This document shows positions 1 through 8,848 of a stretch of 62,738 bases of DNA, piece by piece. The stretch is from an uncultured Rhodospirillaceae bacterium. Its GTDB lineage: Bacteria; Pseudomonadota; Alphaproteobacteria; JAEUKQ01. Location of the stretch: NCBI GenBank assembly GCA_964414755.1, contig CAYPXH010000005.1, positions 1 to 62,738 of the forward strand. The letters are read 5' to 3'. Position numbers and translations under genes: made by a program. The first letter of the stretch is position 1; every line of letters begins with the position of its first letter. The notes below the pieces were generated by a model. The model saw only the letters and a list, made by a program, of their open reading frames with translations, searched no databases and was not told where the DNA came from.

Positions 1-1448
1 CTTTCTTTTAGTTCTTCCAAATCGGGATATGGCCCCAAAAACCAGTCGGTAATTAAGCGTGACTCGCGGAATGTAAGCAAGTTTATAGAAATAACCGGCA
101 GGTTAAAAACGCTAGGTTCTTTTGGATTAGTGCGTTTCGTAATTAATAAAAACACCCGCGAATGAGGCAGATAGGGAATAAAATTTTCTAAAAATGTGAT
201 TATATCCGACGTTGGCCATTGTAGGTCTTCAATAATAAAAATAATTGGGGTTTCCTGACTGATGCTTAATACAATTTTTGCCAGCGTTGCTGCTGCAATT
301 GACTGTTTTTCTTCGGCACCAAGGCTTTGCCAACGTGCATCGTCAACAGGCATGTTTAATAAATCTAGCAGGGCAGGTGGTCCAAATGGCTCGTCAATTT
401 TTAGATCCAACAGCAGCTGCTCGATCAAGGTTTTCATTTGCGCCTGGTGATTATGCTGTTTTGGGGCGAATATACGCCAGACTTCTTGTAAAAAACGCTG
501 TGGCTGATCGGGTAAGTTATATAATAAATATTCAATCACCTGCAATTGGGATGGTATTTTCTTCTTAACTTCGTGAATCAGACGCGATTTACCAATACCG
601 GCTTCACCAGTAATGCAAACGCCTAGACCAGCGCCGCCTGATTTAATCTGGTCAATCATGCGTAATATCTGATCAAGTTCAGTTTTTCGGCCAGCAAAAG
701 TATTATGATAAATTGAAGGTCGTTTGATTGAATTGATCTCTAGAAGCTGGTAAATTGGTTTGGGCTCCTGATTCGCGACCAGCTGAAATAAGCCTTTTTC
801 CTTATAGGTAATTGATGTGCTTAAAATTTTGACTATTTCAGGTCCAATAAAGGTTGTCTTAGGCTCAGCCCGGCTTTGTAAACGCTGGGCTGAATAGACG
901 CTGTCACCAACAATACGGTAATCGGTTTGCGACTGTCCAAGTGCCGACTGAATCATAACTTCACCAGATTCAATACCGATTCGAACTATCGCCTGCGGCA
1001 GTTTGGCAAAGTTTTCAAAACGCGGCAAATTTTCTTGCAAATGTTCATGAATGTGTTTGGCAGCCAGGCATGCGCGAATCGCATGATCTTCAAGTGATTG
1101 GGGTGCACCAAACACAGCAAGAATGCCATCACCCATAATCTGCACAACAGTACCACGGTACCGTTCAATTGATTCGACAATAAGACCCAAAATAAGCAAC
1201 AGCGAATCATTTGCATCTTCAGGGTCTTGGCCGCTAACCAATCGGGACGAGGAAACCAGGTCAACAAACATGACACTGGTGATTTTGCGTTCATCAGACC
1301 AGTTATCCCGACCTGTTGAATCAAGCGCAGATTGCTGACGTTTTAAGTTCAGCACACGTTGCCGCAGAAGATCCCCGCTGCTTGACACAGCTGAAGATAT
1401 TCTTCCCGGTGGTGGCGTAGGGTTGGTTGTTAGTTTTTTCTTTGCCAT
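1..1448 (-). CDS. Class III adenylate/guanylate cyclase domain fused to STAND/AAA_16-type P-loop NTPase (N-terminal 482 codons only; C-terminus lies beyond window start)
   Basis: Minus-strand frame is open from ATG 1448..1446 to position 1. It is not in the ORF track because there is no stop in the window. Translation shows cyclase motifs VMFVDLV, IMGDGILAVFGAP, VRIGIESGEV and IVGDSVYSAQRLQ, then Walker A GEAGIGKS (585..608) and Walker B-like IIFIIEDLQW. Confidence 0.8.
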   Translation of the reverse strand, partial: MAKKKLTTNPTPPPGRISSAVSSSGDLLRQRVLNLKRQQSALDSTGRDNWSDERKITSVMFVDLVSSSRLVSGQDPEDANDSLLLILGLIVESIERYRGTVVQIMGDGILAVFGAPQSLEDHAIRACLAAKHIHEHLQENLPRFENFAKLPQAIVRIGIESGEVMIQSALGQSQTDYRIVGDSVYSAQRLQSRAEPKTTFIGPEIVKILSTSITYKEKGLFQLVANQEPKPIYQLLEINSIKRPSIYHNTFAGRKTELDQILRMIDQIKSGGAGLGVCITGEAGIGKSRLIHEVKKKIPSQLQVIEYLLYNLPDQPQRFLQEVWRIFAPKQHNHQAQMKTLIEQLLLDLKIDEPFGPPALLDLLNMPVDDARWQSLGAEEKQSIAAATLAKIVLSISQETPIIFIIEDLQWPTSDIITFLENFIPYLPHSRVFLLITKRTNPKEPSVFNLPVISINLLTFRESRLITDWFLGPYPDLEELKE

Positions 1449-1580
1449 GATCCCAATACGGGAAATTTAATTTTTATCCCCACGCAATGCTTGTAACACC
1501 ATTAACAAAAAGTTGCCAGCAAAGAATGAAAGAATTACAATATTACATATATTTTTATTATATCGAATTCGGATTTTGAT

Positions 1581-3338
1581 GTGACTGCAATAAAAATTGC
1601 CCTAGCGCAAATGAATACATCGGTTGGCGACTTATCGGCCAATTACCAAAAGATTACAGTTTTTTGCAAGCAAGCAGTTGATCTGAATGCTGATTTGTTA
1701 ATTGTGCCCGAATTGGCGCTTTGTGGGTATCCAATCGAAGACATTCTTTTATCACCGTCATTTCAACAACAAATCACCTACTATCGACAACAGCTTCTGG
1801 AATTTAGTAAATCCGCAGATATTGCTCTGTTAATTGGCCTACCAGTGATTGATAAGGGTAAAATATATAATGCTGCCTGTCTTATGTACCGGGGTACCGT
1901 TATTCTGGAAAATTATAAATCAGAATTGCCAAATTATCAGGTTTTTGACGAAAAACGTATTTTTAGCCCGGGTCAATTACCCAGATTGGCGTATGTGAAG
2001 GGTGTGCCATGTGGTATTATGATATGTGAAGAAATGTGGCTTCCTGATGCGGCAAAGCATTTACAAAACCAAGGCGCACAGCTGTTGCTTGCCATTAATG
2101 CCAGCCCGTATGATGCCGGATTACAATTGCCGGCAATCAGCGCCGAACATCTTCCAGATAAGATAACATGGCGTCGTCAAATTGCCCAAAAACGTATTCA
2201 AGAAACGGGTTTACCCCTGGTTTACCTTAACCAAGTTGGTGCACAAGATGATTTAATATTTGATGGGTCGTCTTTTATTATGGATGCTGGTGGCAATGTT
2301 CTTTGGCAAGGACAATCCTTTGTCGAGGAACTTGCCTTGGTGGAATATGTTGCTGAATCTTCAAAGTTTGTAATTAAATTACCAGCCTTGCTGCCCAAAA
2401 CGGAACATGCCTTGACTGTTTCTGGGCCGAAAATTCAAAATAATTTTATTCTCAACAGCCATTTGGATTTACAAGCTTTGTATCAGGCCATCATGCTAGG
2501 GCTTAGTGATTATTTGGCAAAAAATAACCTGAACAATGTTGTTATCGGGCTAAGTGGTGGTATCGATTCAGCTTTAACAGCTGCAATTGCTGTTGATGCT
2601 CTTGGTGCTGACCGGGTTGTGGCTGTTATGATGCCGTCCCCCTATACGGCACGACAAAGTTTGGATGATGCTGATACAATAGCAAGATTGCTTGGAATCA
2701 AATTACATAACATTCCCATTAATGGGCTTATGCAGCAATATCAGGAAAGCCTAGCCCCAATGTTTCAAGGATATAAAAACGACACAACGGAAGAGAATAT
2801 TCAAAGCCGTATTCGTGGTGCTTTGCTTATGGCGATTAGTAACAAATTTGCGCCCCTGGTGCTTAGTACAGGCAACAAATCCGAAATAGCCGTTGGCTAT
2901 TCAACGCTTTATGGCGATAGTTGCGGTGCATATGCGCCATTAAAGGATGTTTATAAAACAACGGTTTTTGCATTATCACAATGGCGTAACATCATCGTTC
3001 CACCAAATGGTAAAGGACCTAAAGGCATAGTTATTCCTGAACAGGTTATTCAACGACCACCAACCGCTGAACTACGCCCAAACCAAAAAGATGAAGACAG
3101 TTTACCGCCATATGTTACTTTAGATCGTATTTTACAGGGGTTAATTGAAGAGGATCTAACAAAAAAGATGTTGGCGTATGCTGGCTTTTCATCAGATTTG
3201 GTACAAAAAATATGGCTTATGGTATGCCGGGCCGAGTATAAGCGTCATCAAAACCCGCCTGGCCCAAGAGTTAGCCCAAAAGCCTTTGCGCGTGAACGCC
3301 GTTATCCAATTACCCATGGCTGGCTTAAGCGTGAATAG
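1581..3338 (+). CDS. nadE: Glutamine-dependent NAD+ synthetase (CN-hydrolase domain + NAD synthetase domain)
   Basis: 585 aa with a GTG start. N-terminal nitrilase-like domain (IALAQMN, PELALCGY, catalytic Cys in GIMICEEMW). C-terminal PP-loop GLSGGIDSALTA and the STGNKSE motif. Confidence 0.93.
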   Translation: MTAIKIALAQMNTSVGDLSANYQKITVFCKQAVDLNADLLIVPELALCGYPIEDILLSPSFQQQITYYRQQLLEFSKSADIALLIGLPVIDKGKIYNAACLMYRGTVILENYKSELPNYQVFDEKRIFSPGQLPRLAYVKGVPCGIMICEEMWLPDAAKHLQNQGAQLLLAINASPYDAGLQLPAISAEHLPDKITWRRQIAQKRIQETGLPLVYLNQVGAQDDLIFDGSSFIMDAGGNVLWQGQSFVEELALVEYVAESSKFVIKLPALLPKTEHALTVSGPKIQNNFILNSHLDLQALYQAIMLGLSDYLAKNNLNNVVIGLSGGIDSALTAAIAVDALGADRVVAVMMPSPYTARQSLDDADTIARLLGIKLHNIPINGLMQQYQESLAPMFQGYKNDTTEENIQSRIRGALLMAISNKFAPLVLSTGNKSEIAVGYSTLYGDSCGAYAPLKDVYKTTVFALSQWRNIIVPPNGKGPKGIVIPEQVIQRPPTAELRPNQKDEDSLPPYVTLDRILQGLIEEDLTKKMLAYAGFSSDLVQKIWLMVCRAEYKRHQNPPGPRVSPKAFARERRYPITHGWLKRE

Positions 3339-3420
3339 GTTTTTTTAGGTATTGCTTGCCCATCAAATGACAGCCTAGTATTGTTTTAATAATATATAAT
3401 CACTCTATTGGAAGCAACTA

Positions 3421-4815
3421 ATGGAACTTAGGTTATTTAATACGCTGACACGCCAGAAACAGCAATTTTTTCCAATCGACCCCCAAAAGGTACGCCTTTA
3501 TTGTTGTGGGCCAACGGTTTATGATCGTGCCCATGTCGGTAATGCACGGCCAGTTGTTGTGTTTGATGTGCTTTTTCGGTTGTTGCGGCATTTTTATGGT
3601 AGCCAGCATGTTATTTATGTGCGGAACATTACCGATATTGACGATAGAATAATTGAAGCAGCCCACAATAATAATGAATCGATAACTGCATTAACAGCAC
3701 GAACAGCACGTGCGTATCAGCTTGATATGGCCGCATTAGGCGCTCTTCCACCTACGCATGAACCAAGGGCTACGGAATATATACAGCCCATGGTCGAGAT
3801 GATAACGGGGCTTGTTGACAAGGGATGTGCCTATGAGAATCAGGGGCATGTTCTATTTCATGTTCCGGCTGATCCTGATTATGGCTGTTTATCAAAACGT
3901 CCGTTTGATGAAATGATTGCCGGAGCCCGCGTTGAGGTTGCACCCTATAAAAAACACCCGGCAGATTTTGTTTTGTGGAAACCAAGTAGCCAAGAACAAC
4001 CCGGATGGGATAGCCCTTGGGGACGTGGTCGACCAGGTTGGCATATTGAGTGTTCGGCGATGGCTGGTGCTTTGCTTGGTGAAGTTTTTGATATTCATGG
4101 TGGTGGTCTTGATTTAATTTTTCCGCATCATGAAAATGAAATTGCGCAAAGTCGTTGTGCTCATCATGGCCAGGCGCCAGTACGCTATTGGATTCATAAT
4201 GGGTTTGTTCAGGTTAACAGTGAGAAAATGTCAAAATCAAAGGGTAATTTTTTTACTGTGCGTCAATTGCTGGACCAAGGTTATGCTGGTGAAACGATAA
4301 GGCTCAATTTGCTTACAGCACATTATCGACAGCCTCTTGATATTTCTTCTGCAAGCCTTCATGACAGCAAACAGCAACTTGATAAGTTTTACTTGTCTTT
4401 ACAGGATATGCCTTATAATACACCTGTTAATGCGGCAATTCCGGCTGAATTTTTTGAAATAGTTGGGGATGATTTAAATATACCGCTTGCTATTACCTGG
4501 ATACATGATCAGGTCAATGCAATTCATAAGGCAAAGAATAGCGCACAGAAGTTGTTGTTGCAGGTTCAATTAAAACATGCTGCTTCTTTACTAGGCATAC
4601 TACAGCAATCATCAGCAAATTGGTTGCAACAAATAGGGCAGGTGGGTAATATTAATAGCCTGAATGCTGATGATATCGAACGGTTTATTCAAGAGCGGCG
4701 TCAAGCAAGGTTAGCAAAGGATTTTAAGAAAGCCGATCATATCAGGCAGCATCTTGAGGATAAAGGGATCATTTTAGAAGATAATCCAGCTGGAACAAGA
4801 TGGCGGCGTATATAG
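3421..4815 (+). CDS. cysS: Cysteinyl-tRNA synthetase
   Basis: 464 aa with class I motifs CGPTVYDRAHVGNARP (HIGH-type) and KMSKSKGN. Confidence 0.95.
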   Translation: MELRLFNTLTRQKQQFFPIDPQKVRLYCCGPTVYDRAHVGNARPVVVFDVLFRLLRHFYGSQHVIYVRNITDIDDRIIEAAHNNNESITALTARTARAYQLDMAALGALPPTHEPRATEYIQPMVEMITGLVDKGCAYENQGHVLFHVPADPDYGCLSKRPFDEMIAGARVEVAPYKKHPADFVLWKPSSQEQPGWDSPWGRGRPGWHIECSAMAGALLGEVFDIHGGGLDLIFPHHENEIAQSRCAHHGQAPVRYWIHNGFVQVNSEKMSKSKGNFFTVRQLLDQGYAGETIRLNLLTAHYRQPLDISSASLHDSKQQLDKFYLSLQDMPYNTPVNAAIPAEFFEIVGDDLNIPLAITWIHDQVNAIHKAKNSAQKLLLQVQLKHAASLLGILQQSSANWLQQIGQVGNINSLNADDIERFIQERRQARLAKDFKKADHIRQHLEDKGIILEDNPAGTRWRRI

Positions 4816-4858
4816 TAAACATTAATTTGTGCTTACTAATTCTGAGAGTATATAAAAA

Positions 4859-4892
4859 GATAGCCTTAAAAAATTAAGGCCTATTTTGTTTA
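4859..4892 (+). terminator. Rho-independent terminator downstream of cysS
   Basis: Hairpin CCTTAA-AAAA-TTAAGG with extended flanks, followed by TTTTGTTTATT. Confidence 0.6.
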
Positions 4893-4962
4893 TTAAATGA
4901 TAATTGCTCTGATAAGGATTTATAAATTCTGAAAATATACCTTTTAGGAAAATTTATGAAAT

Positions 4963-4998
4963 AAAAAACCCAATCAACAAATATGATTGGGCTTTTTA
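4963..4998. terminator. Bidirectional rho-independent terminator (ends the small peptide gene on the minus strand)
   Basis: 8-bp stem CCCAATCA / TGATTGGG (4969..4976 / 4984..4991), flanked by an A-run upstream and a T-run downstream. Confidence 0.7.
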
Positions 4999-5018
4999 TT
5001 ATAAAAAATGTTAAAATG

Positions 5019-5141
5019 CTATTGCATGCATTCTTTTAATGTTAATGGAAATGGACAAGATTCCCAATCACGGGCCTGGGTGCTTAACGATGTTGCTGAT
5101 AGAAGGCCAAAAGCAAACAAAGCTAATAATAGTTTTTTCAT
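5019..5141 (-). CDS. Small secreted peptide precursor (40 aa; signal peptide plus a mature peptide of about 17 aa with two Cys)
   Basis: MKKLLLALFAFGLLSATSLSTQARDWESCPFPLTLKECMQ. Strong SD GAGGAG lies 6 nt upstream of ATG 5141..5139. The N-terminus looks like a Sec signal ending TQA. A terminator lies about 20 nt downstream. The ORF-track start at 5234 lies in AT-rich leader and is unlikely to be real. Confidence 0.6.
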   Translation of the reverse strand: MKKLLLALFAFGLLSATSLSTQARDWESCPFPLTLKECMQ

Positions 5142-5160
5142 AGTATTCTCCTCACATAAT

Positions 5161-5189
5161 ATTAAAATATAAATAAAAAACATATTCAA
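5161..5189 (-). promoter_or_regulatory. Putative sigma-70 promoter of the small peptide gene
   Basis: Minus strand reads TTGAAT (5189..5184), a 17-nt spacer, then TTTAAT (5166..5161), about 20 nt upstream of the SD. Confidence 0.3.
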
Positions 5190-5330
5190 ATTACTTAAAA
5201 TATGATTATGTCTTGTATACGAGTTTATATTCATTGTATAAATTTAAACAATATGTAATATTGCATTTTTAATTTAAATATTTTATTTACAATAAAATAA
5301 TAATATATATAATTTACAAAAAATAAAATA

Positions 5331-5374
5331 ATGCTGCTATGCAGCATGAACATCGATTGATGTCTAGCATCAAT
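5331..5374. repeat. Two adjacent inverted repeats upstream of the aldehyde dehydrogenase gene
   Basis: ATGCTGC-TAT-GCAGCAT (5331..5347) and ATTGATG-TCTAG-CATCAAT (5356..5374). Confidence 0.4.
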
Positions 5375-5536
5375 AAAAATAAAAAAAATTACAAGCATAA
5401 TCCTTTTAAATAAGATTAATGCGCCGGGTACATCAATGTTATTTCAGCGATTCCCTTGCCAAAATGTGGTTAAGTAGATATGGTAAATACCGGCACCCTA
5501 CAGAAACAAAAAAAAGTGATGCAATGGAGGAAGTAA

Positions 5537-7039
5537 GTGGATGCAAAGATACCCCAGGATTGGCATAAAAAATCGGCAACAATAAAGTTTCCACGCGAAT
5601 TATTTATTAATGGCCGATTTGTCAAGGCGCAGTCAGGCAAACTTTTCGCAACAATAAATCCGGCAACAGGACAAATTCTTGCAGAAATAGCTGAAGGTGA
5701 TCGTTATGACATCGATTTGGCGGTGAAAGCTGCACGACAATCTTTTGATAAAGGCGTATGGGTGCGTATGCCAATTGCTGACCGCAAAAAAATTATGCTG
5801 CGCTGGCTTGAATTAATGGAAAAAAATTTTGATGATCTTGCGCTACTGGAAACATTAGATGTTGGCAAACCAATTCGGGATAGTTTGGCAGTAGACATAC
5901 CATTATCCATTAATTGTATTCGCTGGTATGCTGAAACAATGGATAAAATTTGTGACGAAGTTGCGCCAACAGGCTATGATTCTGTTGTCATGGTTCGGCG
6001 TGAGCCGCTTGGTGTCATTGGTGCGGTTTTACCCTGGAATTTTCCGTTGTTGATGGCAGCTTGGAAAATTGGCCCTATACTTGCAGCAGGTAATAGTTTG
6101 GTTATTAAACCGGCTGAGCAGTCACCGTTAACCACCTTAAAAATCGCGGAATTAGCCGCTGAAGCAGGGTTACCAGAAGGTGTTTTAAATGTTGTTCCAG
6201 GTTTTGGTGAAACAGCAGGGCAGGCTTTAGGTAAGCACATGGATGTTGATTGCCTGGCATTTACTGGCTCAACCGAGGTTGGAAAATATTTCCTGCGCTA
6301 TGCCGGTGATTCAAATATGAAAAGAGTATCTTTGGAATGCGGTGGTAAATCACCTAATATTGTTATGGCTGATGCACCAAATTTGGATGTTGCAGCAACA
6401 GCAGCGGCATGGGGAATCTTTTATAATCAGGGAGAGGCTTGTAGCGCAGGTTCCAGATTATTGGTTGAAGAAAAAATAAAAGATCGGTTTTTAGAAAAAG
6501 TTATTGCTGTTGCCAAAAAAATTAAGCTTGGTGATCCGCTTGATCCAAGTACTGGTATTGGTGCAATTATTGATCAAAAACAAATGCACCGTGTTCTTGG
6601 GTATATTGATATAGGTCAGAAAGAGGGTGCCAAGCTTTTGTGTGGCGGCAAAAGAGCTATTGAGACGAGCGGTGGATATTTTATTGAACCAACAGTCTTT
6701 GACCGTGTTCAGCCCAACATGAAGATTGCACAAGAAGAAATTTTTGGCCCTGTATTGTCCGTTATTACTTTTAAAGATGCTGAAGAGGCTGTTCGTATAG
6801 CTAATAATACAATTTACGGTCTTGCAGCAGCCGTTTGGACGAGTGACATTACAAAAGCGTTTCGTACTACGCAGGGACTAAGGGCAGGAACAATTTGGGT
6901 TAATTCTTATGATGATGGACATATGGCCATGCCTTTTGGTGGGTTTAAACAATCGGGATTTGGGCGCGACAAATCGCTACATGCCCTTGAAAAATATACC
7001 GACTGGAAATCGGTTTGGGTTAATCTTAAAACCTCTTAG
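5537..7039 (+). CDS. NAD-dependent aldehyde dehydrogenase, PuuC/PauC-like (gamma-glutamyl-gamma-aminobutyraldehyde dehydrogenase family)
   Basis: 500 aa with a GTG start preceded by GGAGGAAG. Catalytic Glu in LECGGKSP and Cys in GEACSAGSRL. The N-terminus LFINGRFV..INPATG is typical of this family. Confidence 0.85.
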   Translation: MDAKIPQDWHKKSATIKFPRELFINGRFVKAQSGKLFATINPATGQILAEIAEGDRYDIDLAVKAARQSFDKGVWVRMPIADRKKIMLRWLELMEKNFDDLALLETLDVGKPIRDSLAVDIPLSINCIRWYAETMDKICDEVAPTGYDSVVMVRREPLGVIGAVLPWNFPLLMAAWKIGPILAAGNSLVIKPAEQSPLTTLKIAELAAEAGLPEGVLNVVPGFGETAGQALGKHMDVDCLAFTGSTEVGKYFLRYAGDSNMKRVSLECGGKSPNIVMADAPNLDVAATAAAWGIFYNQGEACSAGSRLLVEEKIKDRFLEKVIAVAKKIKLGDPLDPSTGIGAIIDQKQMHRVLGYIDIGQKEGAKLLCGGKRAIETSGGYFIEPTVFDRVQPNMKIAQEEIFGPVLSVITFKDAEEAVRIANNTIYGLAAAVWTSDITKAFRTTQGLRAGTIWVNSYDDGHMAMPFGGFKQSGFGRDKSLHALEKYTDWKSVWVNLKTS

Positions 7040-7063
7040 GCATTTAAGGTGTTGCTACGGATA

Positions 7064-7942
7064 TTACAGTATTGAATCTTGTCCATCATAAGATAACAGG
7101 CGGGTGTACAATTCGGGACGACGGTCCCTAAAAAGACCCCATGATGCACGCTGTAACCTAATTTTTTCTAAATCAAAGCTTGCCGTAATTACTGCTTCAC
7201 TAACACGATCAGCTTCTGCTATTTTGGCACCAGTTTGATCGGTAATAAATGATGAACCGTAAAATGTCATCTGAAAATGATCGCCTTTTTCAACCCCAAT
7301 TCTGTTTGATGCCATAACTGGAATTATATTAGCCCCAGCATGCCCTTGCATGGTACGTTGCCAGTGATCTTTACTATCGATTGTTGTATCCTGTGGTTCA
7401 TTACCAATAGCCGTTGGGTACAATATCATATCAGCTCCCTGAAGGGCTAGAGATCGGGCTAATTCGGGAAACCACTGATCCCAGCATATACCAAGCCCAA
7501 CACGACCATAAGCCGTGTGCCAAACTTTAAAACCAGTATCACCAGGGTTAAAATAAAATTTTTCCTGATATCCTGGTCCATCTGGTATATGAGATTTGCG
7601 GTAAAGACCAAGCAGTTCACCATCGGCATCAATCATGACTACCGAATTAAAATAAGCGTTATTAGCACGTTCGAAGAAACTAATAGGAAGAACCACTTTA
7701 AGTGCCGCGGCAACTGTTTGAAAATGTCGGATCGTTGGATGATCATCAACAGGTTTGGCTAAAGCAAATAAAGCTTGTTTCTGATCTTTGCAAAAATAAG
7801 GTGTTTCAAACAACTCGGGCAGTAATATAATTTGTGCACCTTTCTGAGCAGCCAATAAAACCATACGCTCTGCTGTTGCAACGTTATTTGAACTATTTTC
7901 ACTACAAGCAAATTGCGTTGCTGCAACGGTTACTTTGTCCAT
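7064..7942 (-). CDS. aguB: N-carbamoylputrescine amidase
   Basis: 292 aa CN-hydrolase. Long AguB-like blocks: LLPELFETPYFC, FFERANNAYFNS, YRKSHIPDGPGYQEKFYFNPGDTGFKVW, GICWDQWFPE. Confidence 0.88.
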   Translation of the reverse strand: MDKVTVAATQFACSENSSNNVATAERMVLLAAQKGAQIILLPELFETPYFCKDQKQALFALAKPVDDHPTIRHFQTVAAALKVVLPISFFERANNAYFNSVVMIDADGELLGLYRKSHIPDGPGYQEKFYFNPGDTGFKVWHTAYGRVGLGICWDQWFPELARSLALQGADMILYPTAIGNEPQDTTIDSKDHWQRTMQGHAGANIIPVMASNRIGVEKGDHFQMTFYGSSFITDQTGAKIAEADRVSEAVITASFDLEKIRLQRASWGLFRDRRPELYTRLLSYDGQDSIL

Positions 7943-8026
7943 TCGGACCTCCTTTTTGTTGATCGGTGCATCTGGTTCAATCTTTATGTGCTTGGCTTTT
8001 CTGTCAAGGTTATTTCTATGGCACGA

Positions 8027-8848
8027 TTAATTCTTTTTTTCGCGTTGTCGACCAATTATATTCGCGCTAATAATCCCCACACTAACAATTAAAATAAGAA
8101 TTGTCGCAAGTGCGTTAATTTCTGGGCTAATTCCAAGACGAACCTTAGAAAAAATAACCAGTGGTAATGTTGAAGCACCAGGGCCTGAAGTAAAATCACT
8201 AATCACGACGTCATCTAAGGATAAAGTAAAAGCAAGTAACCATCCAGCCACAATCCCTGGTGCAATAATTGGTAAAGTAATTAAGAAAAAAACTTTAAAG
8301 GGTCTTGCACCTAGGTCTGCGGCGGCCTCTTCAAGTGATCGGTCAAACCCAGCTAAACGAGACTGAACAACCACTGCAACATATGCCGTTGCAAAAGTTG
8401 TATGAGCAATGATTAGCGTTACTAAACCGCGGCCAACAGGCTCAATACCAAATATATTTTGAAGCAGCCCGTCAAGCTGAATAAACATTAACAACATCGC
8501 AAGACCAGTGATAACCTCGGGCATAACCAAGGGTGCACTAACCAAACCTAAAAATAAAAAACGACCACGAAATTTTGTAAATCGCGTTAAAACATAGCCA
8601 CAGATTGTTCCCAAAATTGCTGCCAGAGTAGCCGATAAGGACGCTACTTTTAAGCTGACCCAGACAGCATCTAGAATTTGGTTGTTATTGACTAGATTTA
8701 CATAGGCATCAAAAGAAAATTCTTGCCAAACGGTAACCAATTTTGATTTGTTAAAGGAAAAAATAATAAGCACAATTATTGGGGCATATAGAAAAATAAA
8801 GCCCAAGATCATACATATTAAAACAAACAAAGAAAGCCCGCGTTTCAT
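8027..8848 (-). CDS. potI: Putrescine/spermidine ABC transporter permease
   Basis: 273 aa multi-TM protein with the EAA-loop motif LEEAAADLGARPFKVF. Overlaps potH by 4 nt. Confidence 0.85.
   Translation of the reverse strand: MKRGLSLFVLICMILGFIFLYAPIIVLIIFSFNKSKLVTVWQEFSFDAYVNLVNNNQILDAVWVSLKVASLSATLAAILGTICGYVLTRFTKFRGRFLFLGLVSAPLVMPEVITGLAMLLMFIQLDGLLQNIFGIEPVGRGLVTLIIAHTTFATAYVAVVVQSRLAGFDRSLEEAAADLGARPFKVFFLITLPIIAPGIVAGWLLAFTLSLDDVVISDFTSGPGASTLPLVIFSKVRLGISPEINALATILILIVSVGIISANIIGRQREKKN

Noticed and set aside
262-1338. Short ORFs in the track at 262..450, 278..568, 986..1324 and 1123..1338.
   Set aside because: All lie inside, and out of frame with or antisense to, the long open cyclase-STAND frame (1..1448, minus strand). 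That frame has clear catalytic and P-loop motifs, so these ORFs are artefacts.
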